Shown: one piece after another, positions 1 to 6,912 of the stretch
How the letters are laid out: the number at the start of each line of letters is the position of its first letter
Position numbering within the stretch: position 1 is the first letter of the stretch
Assembly (NCBI GenBank): GCA_035642315.1
Contig: DASQSQ010000093.1
Coordinates: 1-32,684 of the forward strand
Direction: 5' to 3'
DNA from: Mycobacterium sp.
GTDB lineage: Bacteria; Actinomycetota; Actinomycetes; Mycobacteriales; Mycobacteriaceae
Length of the DNA: 32,684 bases
The notes under the pieces: generated by a model
What the model was told of the DNA's origin: nothing
The model's database searches: none
What the model saw: only the letters and a program-made list of their open reading frames with translations
Program-made: the position numbers and the translations under genes

Positions 1-699
1 CAGCGCGTAGGAGTTGACGTCGTAGACCTGTCCGTTGCCCGGCGTGCGCGAGATATCGACCAGCTCGCCGCCGACCGCCAGCACCGACAGCCGTGGGCGC
101 GGGTGGACCAAAACCCGGTCACGGCCCACCGCGGCCAGCAGTCCGACCTGGGCGGCGCCGATGATCGTCCCGGCCCGCACCGCGACATCGCCGGGCTGGA
201 CGTCGTCGCCGGTGCGCCGCACGTAGGCACCCGATCGCACGCCGCGCAGCACCCGCACCCGCGACTGCCCGCCGTCGGTCCATCGCAACGGCAGGACCGC
301 ATCGGCCAGCGTCGGCAGCGGGGCACCGGTCTGCACTCGCACGGCCTGCCCCGGCTGCAGCCTGCTTGGTGTACGGGTGCCGGCGTCGATGTGGCCCATC
401 ACCGGCAGCGTCACTCCGCCTGGCGCAGAAGGCAATTCGTCCTCCTCGCCCGGGACTGCGCGCAGATGGTCCTCGCCGTTTCGATCGATGGACGGCCCCG
501 ACTCACCGACGCCGAGCACGTCGACACTGCGGACTGCGTAGCCGTCGATTGCGGCCTGGTCGAAGCCGGGCAGCGGACGCTCGGTCACGACTTCTTCGGC
601 GCACATCAGCCCCTGCGCCTCGGCGATCGCAACGCGAACCGGCCTTGGCGCCACCGCGGCGGCCGACACCCGGGTTTGTTGCTCCTCCACCGAACGCAC
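1..699 (-). CDS. moeA1: Molybdopterin molybdotransferase MoeA1 (Rv0994 homolog), 3' end truncated by the window edge
   Basis: Not in the ORF track. Hand translation from GTG at 699 gives MRSVEEQQTRVSAAAVAPRPVRVAIAEAQGLMCAEEVVTERPLPGFDQAAIDGYAVRS, and the same frame reads QVYDVNSYAL at the window edge. AAAGG RBS upstream; follows galU as in mycobacteria. Confidence 0.93.
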   Translation of the reverse strand, partial: MRSVEEQQTRVSAAAVAPRPVRVAIAEAQGLMCAEEVVTERPLPGFDQAAIDGYAVRSVDVLGVGESGPSIDRNGEDHLRAVPGEEDELPSAPGGVTLPVMGHIDAGTRTPSRLQPGQAVRVQTGAPLPTLADAVLPLRWTDGGQSRVRVLRGVRSGAYVRRTGDDVQPGDVAVRAGTIIGAAQVGLLAAVGRDRVLVHPRPRLSVLAVGGELVDISRTPGNGQVYDVNSYAL

Positions 700-750
700 A
701 GCGCGCCTTTCTGCCGTCACAGCGGTGCGGGCACGAACCGTGGCCCGCCG

Positions 751-1659
751 CTAGTTTTCGGCCAGACCCAATCGAGTCACCAGCCACCGCCGTAATTCCG
801 GGCCGTAATCGTCACGGTCCAGTGCAAAGTCAACCGCAGCCTTGAGGTAGCCGCCGGGATTTCCCAAGTCGTGTCGGGAGCCACGATGCACGACAACGTG
901 TACCGGGTGCCCTTCGCGGATCATCAACGCGATCGCATCGGTGAGTTGCATTTCGCCGCCCGCGCCCCGCTCGATGCGCCGCAACGCGTCGAAGATGGCG
1001 CGGTCGAGGACGTAGCGACCGGCGGCGGCGTACAACGACGGTGCGTCTTCCGCCTTCGGCTTTTCCACCATGCCGTTGACCTTCAGCACGGCTTTGTCGG
1101 CGCCGGGCACCGGCTCGACGTCGAAAACCCCGTAGGCGCTTATCTCTTCGGGAGAAACCTCGATTGCACACAACACCGTGCCGCCGCGGGCGGCGCGCAC
1201 CTTCGACATCGTCTCCAGCACGCCGGTCGGCAGCACGAGGTCGTCGGGAAGTAACACCGACACCGCGTCCTCGTCGTCGGACAGCACCGGCTCCACGCAG
1301 CTGATGGCATGTCCCAGACCGAGTGGCTCGGCCTGCACGACGGACTCGACTTTGATCAACCCCGGTGCCCGACGGACCTTTGCCAGCATGGCCTTCTTGC
1401 CCCGCGCCTCCAGCGTGCCCTCGAGCACCAGGTCTTCGACGAAGTGCGCGACGACACCATCCTTGCCCTCGGACGTGATGATCACCAGCCGGTCGGCCCC
1501 GGCCTCGGCCGCTTCGGCGGCCACCAACTCGATGCCGGGCGTATCGACGACCGGCAATAGCTCCTTGGGCACCGTCTTGGTCGCGGGAAGAAAACGTGTG
1601 CCCAAACCAGCCGCGGGAACAATCGCCGTGCGCGGAACCGGAACCTGTGAGCTTGACAT
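751..1659 (-). CDS. galU: UTP--glucose-1-phosphate uridylyltransferase
   Basis: TAIVPAAGLGTRFLPATKTVPKELLPVVD signature, plus MVEKP and GEMQLTDAI motifs. ATG 1659 preferred; alternative start 1671. Confidence 0.96.
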   Translation of the reverse strand: MSSSQVPVPRTAIVPAAGLGTRFLPATKTVPKELLPVVDTPGIELVAAEAAEAGADRLVIITSEGKDGVVAHFVEDLVLEGTLEARGKKAMLAKVRRAPGLIKVESVVQAEPLGLGHAISCVEPVLSDDEDAVSVLLPDDLVLPTGVLETMSKVRAARGGTVLCAIEVSPEEISAYGVFDVEPVPGADKAVLKVNGMVEKPKAEDAPSLYAAAGRYVLDRAIFDALRRIERGAGGEMQLTDAIALMIREGHPVHVVVHRGSRHDLGNPGGYLKAAVDFALDRDDYGPELRRWLVTRLGLAEN

Positions 1660-1683
1660 CGTTGAAACCATATCGTTGACCCT
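1660..1683. promoter_or_regulatory. Putative overlapping divergent -10 elements for leaderless galU and cyclo-ligase mRNAs
   Basis: TATCGT (+, 1671-1676) lies 7 nt before GTG 1684. TATGGT (-, 1672-1667) lies 7 nt before ATG 1659. Confidence 0.55.
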
Positions 1684-2274
1684 GTGGCGACCGCGGGCAA
1701 GTCCGCATTAAGAGATCGGCTGCTGGCCGCCCGGCGTTCAGTGGCCGACGACGTCAGGGCCGGCGAGGCACGGTCCCTGACCGAACACCTCGACGCGGCG
1801 GTGAGCAGCGACAGCACGGTCTGCGGCTACGTGCCGGTGGGCGTCGAGCCGGGATCGATCGAGATGCTGGATGTGTTGCTGCGACGGGCCGCACGGGTGC
1901 TGCTGCCGGTCACGCGTACCACTGCCGACGACTCGCCGGTCGCCTTGCAATGGGGCGAATACCGGCCGGGGCATCTGGTGGCCGCCCGGTTCGGACTACT
2001 CGAACCGGCCGAACCGTGGCTGCCGGCGACGACCGTGGCCGAGGCGAGCGTGGTGCTTGTTCCCGCGCTCGCCGTCGACCGCGCGGGCGTGCGGCTGGGA
2101 CGAGGCCGCGGTTTTTACGACCGCACGCTGGTGCACCGGGATCCGCGGGCACGCCTGATCGCGGTGATCCGGGACGAGGAGCTGCTCGACGAGCTGCCGC
2201 ACGAGCCGCACGATGTGCTGATGACACACGCCCTGACCCCCTGCGGCGGCCTGATCGACCTGGGGAGCGCTTAG
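1684..2274 (+). CDS. 5-formyltetrahydrofolate cyclo-ligase (Rv0992c homolog)
   Basis: N-terminal KSALR, FGLLEP, and VLVPALAVDRAGVRLGRGRGFYDR / EPHD motifs. Confidence 0.93.
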   Translation: MATAGKSALRDRLLAARRSVADDVRAGEARSLTEHLDAAVSSDSTVCGYVPVGVEPGSIEMLDVLLRRAARVLLPVTRTTADDSPVALQWGEYRPGHLVAARFGLLEPAEPWLPATTVAEASVVLVPALAVDRAGVRLGRGRGFYDRTLVHRDPRARLIAVIRDEELLDELPHEPHDVLMTHALTPCGGLIDLGSA

Positions 2275-2990
2275 CAGTCCCGCAGCACCTGCCGCATCGC
2301 GTCTTTCTCCCGGCCGGACACCCACAGTTGGTAGTCGGTCTTCACCTCGACCTGACGGGCGACAAACGCACACCGGAAGGCCACGTTCGGCGGTAACCAC
2401 GAGGCGGCGTCGCGAAACGCCTTGTCGAAGTTGGCCTGCCCGACGACGGCCAGCAGATTGCCCGGGTCGTTGGCGAAGTCGCGGCGGCGTTGGTCGTCCC
2501 ACAACCGTGCGCCCTTGTACCAGGCGTCGGACAGCGACACCACATGGTCGATCTGCACCGCGGGCGACGTGTCCGGGCCGCGAACAAAGGCGATGGTCGC
2601 ACCGGTGTAGGGGTCGTGCAGGATGCCGCTCTGCGCGAAGCAGGTCCCGGGCCGCACCTGCAGGTCGGCCAGATCGCGGCGCAGGATGTCGTCGCGGGTG
2701 TTGCAACCGTTATGGCCGAACTCCACGTTGACGTCGTCACTCCAGGGCTCACCGAATCGGGCGCGGTCAAAGTCCTGGGCACGGTCCCAGCCCTTGACGG
2801 GCAGTGCGTCGAGTTCGCGGCGGGGTACGTCGTAGTTCGGGGTGGCCGTCGGCGACGGCCCGGGCTCGGGTTGCCGGGTCGCGACGTCGCGGTAGTACGC
2901 CCAACCGACGCCCACAGCCACCGCCAGCAGGATTACCAGCGCCAACGCATCTCTCCACCGGCCACGCCGGGCGGGAATGACACGCGCCAC
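2271..2990 (-). CDS. Exported or membrane-anchored HNH-like endonuclease (DUF1524-type)
   Basis: N-terminal hydrophobic segment, GCNTRDDILRRD, then QIDHVV...FANDPGNLLAV...N.DK...WLPP, typical of the actinobacterial DUF1524 nuclease family. Stop overlaps that of the convergent cyclo-ligase gene. Confidence 0.8.
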   Translation of the reverse strand: MARVIPARRGRWRDALALVILLAVAVGVGWAYYRDVATRQPEPGPSPTATPNYDVPRRELDALPVKGWDRAQDFDRARFGEPWSDDVNVEFGHNGCNTRDDILRRDLADLQVRPGTCFAQSGILHDPYTGATIAFVRGPDTSPAVQIDHVVSLSDAWYKGARLWDDQRRRDFANDPGNLLAVVGQANFDKAFRDAASWLPPNVAFRCAFVARQVEVKTDYQLWVSGREKDAMRQVLRDC

Positions 2991-2999
2991 ATAGCGGTT

Positions 3000-3026
3000 C
3001 TAGCACTTGAGACTGTAGAGTGCTAA
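3000..3026. promoter_or_regulatory. CIRCE element (HrcA operator)
   Basis: CTAGCACTT-N9-GAGTGCTAA matches TTAGCACTC-N9-GAGTGCTAA at 16/18 positions. It lies upstream of the Rv0991c homolog, a known HrcA target. Confidence 0.92.
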
Positions 3027-3052
3027 CCGTTTAGACCATCACGGAGGTTTCT

Positions 3053-3403
3053 GTGCCGACATATAGCTACGCGTGCACCGAATGCGATAACCGCTTCGAT
3101 GTGGTTCAGGCCTTCACCGATGATTCCCTGACCACGTGCGAGAAGTGCTCCGGTCGGCTGCGCAAGCTGTTCAACTCGGTCGGTGTGGTGTTCAAGGGCA
3201 GCGGTTTCTACCGCACCGACAGCCGCGAGTCGTCGAAGAGTTCGACCAACGGGTCGGCGGAGTCGAGTTCGTCTTCGAGCACCGACGGGTCGAGCAGCAG
3301 CGACAAGTCAGGCTCATCGGAAAAGTCGAGTGGCTCCAGCGACAAGTCGTCTGATTCGGCGAGCTCGAAGTCAACGACATCGGCGGCCGCCGCCGCCAGT
3401 TAG
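3053..3403 (+). CDS. ruc: FmdB-family zinc-ribbon, Ser-rich redox-regulated chaperone (Rv0991c/Ruc homolog)
   Basis: MPTYSYACTEC...CEKC...FKGSGFYRTDSR followed by a disordered Ser-rich tail; GGAGG RBS. Confidence 0.9.
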   Translation: MPTYSYACTECDNRFDVVQAFTDDSLTTCEKCSGRLRKLFNSVGVVFKGSGFYRTDSRESSKSSTNGSAESSSSSSTDGSSSSDKSGSSEKSSGSSDKSSDSASSKSTTSAAAAAS

Positions 3404-3407
3404 CCGG

Positions 3408-3416
3408 TTATCCACA
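3408..3416 (+). promoter_or_regulatory. Perfect DnaA-box nonamer
   Basis: TTATCCACA in the short intergenic gap; single copy. Confidence 0.4.
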
Positions 3417-3468
3417 AGCGGTTGCCCGGCGGCCGCGCGTAGCACCCAGCGGCATTTACCGTTGCGGC

Positions 3469-4131
3469 GTGGGGGATTCCCTGAAATCGCTGAATCCGTC
3501 GCTGGCGACCCGCATCTCGCAGTGGCTGCGCCCCGACTGGTCACGAACCCTGCTGGCCCGGCGTATCGCCGCGGCGGGGCTGGTCGTCCTTGCCGGTGTT
3601 GCCGCACTGCGTCCCGACCCCGACGGTGAACGAGCCCCGGTCTTAGTGGCGGCGCACGATCTGAGCCCCGGCGCCGCGCTGAGTGCCGACGACCTTCTAC
3701 TCGAAAAGCGTTTGGTACCAACCATTCCGGATGGGGCACAATCCGAGATCGACACCGTTGTCGGATCGACACTGGCCGGGCCGGCTCGGCGCGGTGAAGT
3801 GCTGACCGACGTCCGGTTACTGGGCCGCCGACTGGCCGAGTCGGCCGCGGGGCCAGGCGCCCGGATAGTGCCGGTGCATCCGGTGGACAGCGCGCTGACC
3901 GACCTGGTTCGGCCCGGCGACGTCGTCGACGTCGTTGCCGCGTCGCAGACCAGCCCGCCTTCCGCCGCGCGGGTCATAGCCACCGACGCGATCGTGGTCC
4001 TGGTCTCGGCGAAGCAGAAAGCTCAGGCCGCGACCAACGATCGGGTGGTGCTGGTGGCCCTGCCGACCGCCTCCGCCAACGCCGTGGCCGGGGCGGCCTT
4101 GGGGCAGACCGTCACGCTCACCCTGCATTGA
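3469..4131 (+). CDS. SAF-domain/CpaB-like protein (Rv0990c homolog)
   Basis: TM segment, VLVAAHDLSPGAAL SAF motif, LVRPGDVVDV motif, synteny. TACCGT 6 nt before the GTG suggests a leaderless start. Confidence 0.85.
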   Translation: MGDSLKSLNPSLATRISQWLRPDWSRTLLARRIAAAGLVVLAGVAALRPDPDGERAPVLVAAHDLSPGAALSADDLLLEKRLVPTIPDGAQSEIDTVVGSTLAGPARRGEVLTDVRLLGRRLAESAAGPGARIVPVHPVDSALTDLVRPGDVVDVVAASQTSPPSAARVIATDAIVVLVSAKQKAQAATNDRVVLVALPTASANAVAGAALGQTVTLTLH

Positions 4132-4149
4132 GCGCGGGTGAAATAGTTT

Positions 4150-4575
4150 TCAGGCGGCCGCCGGCTGATCGCTGGCGCAGAACTTGCACTTGTGCGCAGG
4201 CTCGGGGATGTCGGAGCAGCACTCCCCACATGCCTTGGTCGCCGCCTCCTCGCCGAACACCGTGACGCCGCGGCGTTTCTGGATGTGCCGGTAAGGCACC
4301 ACGATCGCGACGTAAATGGTCACCATGAAGACCACGAAATAGACGATTGCCCCGATCAGGTTTCCGATGTCGATGAACGTCGTCTTGTTGCCGGCATCGC
4401 CGAGCTGCACGCCCAATCCGAGGGCGGCGTGGGGCTGGGCCGCGGCCACCAACGGATTGATCACGGTGTCGGTGAAGGCCTTGACCAGGTTTGAGAAAGC
4501 CAAAGCCACAACCAAACCAACGGCGACGGTGATCACGTCACCTTGCATTACGAAATCTCTGAACCCTTTGAGCAC
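4150..4575 (-). CDS. mscL: MscL-family mechanosensitive channel with C-terminal CxxC-CxxC extension
   Basis: LKGFRDFVMQGDVITVAVGLVVALAFSNLV N-terminal/TM1 signature, TM2, tail KACGECCSDIPEPAHKCKFC. GTG 4575 has GGAGG about 9 nt upstream; alternative start 4584. Confidence 0.85.
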   Translation of the reverse strand: MLKGFRDFVMQGDVITVAVGLVVALAFSNLVKAFTDTVINPLVAAAQPHAALGLGVQLGDAGNKTTFIDIGNLIGAIVYFVVFMVTIYVAIVVPYRHIQKRRGVTVFGEEAATKACGECCSDIPEPAHKCKFCASDQPAAA

Positions 4576-4716
4576 GCGAGCCACCCTCCGTCAATACGAA
4601 TCACCAAGGCGACACAAGATCGCCCGCAAAAACGGTATGTCCGGATGTCCGCAAATGCGGCCGTTGCGGCGAATTAGTCACGCAAGGGTATTCATGCTGT
4701 GACATCGTCGGGCCGT

Positions 4717-4863
4717 TCAAATGTGGTGTGGGGGTACGTTCGCCCGCAACCATTGCTCGCGATCATCCCAGTCGTGATCCCGCCCGTCAGTCGACTCCTG
4801 CGGCAGCTCGGTCCCGAAAACCTGGTCGATCAACCTTCGGTCGTCGCCGGCTGGCCCGGTCAT
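4717..4863 (-). CDS. Small hypothetical protein (48 aa) ending WLRANVPPHHI
   Basis: Hand translation: MTGPAGDDRRLIDQVFGTELPQESTDGRDHDWDDREQWLRANVPPHHI*. Starts 7 nt after the moaB2 stop and is below the ORF-track cutoff. Confidence 0.65.
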   Translation of the reverse strand: MTGPAGDDRRLIDQVFGTELPQESTDGRDHDWDDREQWLRANVPPHHI

Positions 4864-4870
4864 GCCGGCG

Positions 4871-5416
4871 TCAAATCTCCAAGCTCGAGAGCTGGCCGAT
4901 GATGCCGACCGCCAGTGGATTCAGCGTGGCCATGCCGTCGCGCACCGCGTATCGCGAACCGGCGAGGTTGACCACCAAGGTGCTGCCCGAGATGCCCGCC
5001 AAACCACGTGACAAGCCGGCGTCCATGATGCCGGAGGACAAGCCGGACGCCCGGATGGCTTCGGAGATGCCGAGCAGCTCGCGGTCGAGGATCTCCAGGG
5101 TGGCTTCCGGGGTTACGTCACGCGGCGTCACGCCGGTGCCGCCGACCGATACCACCAGATCCACTCCCCCGATCACCGCGGTGTTCAGTGCGTTGCGGAT
5201 CTCGATCTCGTCGGCGGCGACGGCCACCACGCCGTCGACAACAAAGCCGGCTTCGGTGAGCAGCTCGGTGACCAGTGGCCCGCTGTGGTCCTCATCGCCG
5301 TGCGCGGTCCGATCGTCGACGACGACGACGAGTGCCCTGCCGACCAACTCCGCGCTCTGTTCCATGGGTGCAACCGTATATCTGGGGTCGGACCACGTCG
5401 CGCCGACTCTCATCAC
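4871..5416 (-). CDS. moaB2: MogA/MoaB-family molybdenum cofactor biosynthesis protein (Rv0984 homolog)
   Basis: EDHSGP and VSVGGTGVTPRDVTPEAT motifs. The true start may be ATG 5365 (MEQSAELV), 7 nt after a TACGGT -10. Confidence 0.93.
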   Translation of the reverse strand: MMRVGATWSDPRYTVAPMEQSAELVGRALVVVVDDRTAHGDEDHSGPLVTELLTEAGFVVDGVVAVAADEIEIRNALNTAVIGGVDLVVSVGGTGVTPRDVTPEATLEILDRELLGISEAIRASGLSSGIMDAGLSRGLAGISGSTLVVNLAGSRYAVRDGMATLNPLAVGIIGQLSSLEI

Positions 5417-6858
5417 TGCTGCGCCTTGCCCAAGGTGACCTGCACGGTCTTGCTGTCACCCGATGGATCCTTGAACGTCAGCGTCACTTTGTCGCCGGGT
5501 GCCTTGGATCGCACGGCGGCGACCAAGCCGTCGGCACTGTTGACCGGGCGGTCGTCGACCTTGGTCACCACGACGCCGCTGGGCAGGCCGGCGGTAGCCG
5601 CCGCGCCGTTCGGTACCACCTCGACCACTTTGGCGCCGGGCGTGCCCTTGTCGTTGGTGACCTGAACGCCCAGCGATGCGTGCGATGCAGTTCCGGTCTT
5701 GATCAACTCGTCGGCAATGCGCTTGGCCTGATCGACCGGAATCGCGAAGCCGAGTCCGATCGAACCGCTCTGCGCATCCTGCGAATCGCCGCCCAGGGTG
5801 GCGATCGCGGAGTTCACGCCGACCAACTGTCCGCTCATGTTGACCAATGCGCCGCCGGAGTTACCGGGGTTGATCGCGGCATCGGTCTGAATCGCGTCGA
5901 GAACGGTGTTCTGGTTGCCCGCCTCGCCGGTCGTCGACACCGGCCGATTGAGCGCGCTGACGATGCCGGTGGTCACCGTGCCCTCCAGGCCGAGCGGCGA
6001 TCCGACCGCCATCACCGGCTGGCCGACGCGCAAGTTCGATGACGACCCGAGGTTGATCGGCGTCAAGCCGGAAACGCCTTGCACCCGAACCACCGCGATG
6101 TCGGTAGTCGGGTCCGTCCCCACCACGGTGAACTCTGCGGTGCGCCCGTCGGAGAAGGTCACCGTGGTCTTCGGTGTCCCGGCGGAGTGATCGCTGTCCG
6201 GCGCCCGGGGGTCTGGCTCCTGGGGGCCACCCGGGTCGGGCTCGCGGGGACCACTGTGCTCGCGGTCCCGCGGCGGAGCGGGGTGGCCGGGGTTAGCCGC
6301 AGTGGCGACGACGTGGTTGTTGGTCAGGATCAGCCCGTCCGAAGACAAGATGATGCCCGAGCCCTCCTCGGACTGACGGCCCAGATCCGTCTCGAGCATG
6401 ACCACACTGGGCACGACCTTGGCGGCGACCTGTTCGACGTTGCCCATCGGAGGGTTCGCAGCCGGCAAGCTGGGAGTCCCGCCACCCAGTGACGATCCGT
6501 CACTGGCGATCGGCAGTTGTCCGTGGTGCTCGATCACCGAGGCAGCCGCGCCGCCGATGCCGGCCGACACGACCGCGATCGCCAATGCGCCGACAGCCAA
6601 TCCTCCTGCGCGGGAACGCTTTCGCGGCGGGCCCACTAGGGGTGGCGGCGGGGCGCCGGCAGGGCCGGGCTGGCCGGCACCGAACGAGCCGTACGGCTGC
6701 TGTCGGTACTGCGGCTGCTGGCCGTAACGCCAGTCATAGTGCTGCGGGTGCGTTTGCTGCTGCCCGTGGCCGGAATAGCCTGGGGCTCCACGCTGATCGG
6801 AGCCCGGGCGGTACCCGGGCTGCTGCGGCGGTGGCGAATACCTCGGGTGATTCGTCAT
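5413..6858 (-). CDS. pepD: HtrA-family serine protease PepD (Rv0983 homolog)
   Basis: LTNNHVV, DIAV and IQTDAAINPGNSGG catalytic motifs; TM helix; C-terminal PDZ domain. Confidence 0.95.
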   Translation of the reverse strand: MTNHPRYSPPPQQPGYRPGSDQRGAPGYSGHGQQQTHPQHYDWRYGQQPQYRQQPYGSFGAGQPGPAGAPPPPLVGPPRKRSRAGGLAVGALAIAVVSAGIGGAAASVIEHHGQLPIASDGSSLGGGTPSLPAANPPMGNVEQVAAKVVPSVVMLETDLGRQSEEGSGIILSSDGLILTNNHVVATAANPGHPAPPRDREHSGPREPDPGGPQEPDPRAPDSDHSAGTPKTTVTFSDGRTAEFTVVGTDPTTDIAVVRVQGVSGLTPINLGSSSNLRVGQPVMAVGSPLGLEGTVTTGIVSALNRPVSTTGEAGNQNTVLDAIQTDAAINPGNSGGALVNMSGQLVGVNSAIATLGGDSQDAQSGSIGLGFAIPVDQAKRIADELIKTGTASHASLGVQVTNDKGTPGAKVVEVVPNGAAATAGLPSGVVVTKVDDRPVNSADGLVAAVRSKAPGDKVTLTFKDPSGDSKTVQVTLGKAQQ

Positions 6859-6912
6859 GTCGCTATGTCGCTCTTTCCTTCAACAGTCGGTTCAGACTCG
6901 ACAGTAACTCGA

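Noticed and set aside
103-795. 230-aa plus-strand ORF
   Set aside because: Antisense shadow of moeA1, which the track missed because it is truncated.
2271-2990. HNH gene as a restriction/defence system or mobile element
   Set aside because: No methylase, partner gene, transposase or terminal repeats; the N-terminal anchor points to an extracytoplasmic nuclease.
3220-3400. Ser-rich repeats in ruc as a DNA tandem repeat
   Set aside because: Low-complexity coding tail with mixed codons, an expected feature of this family.
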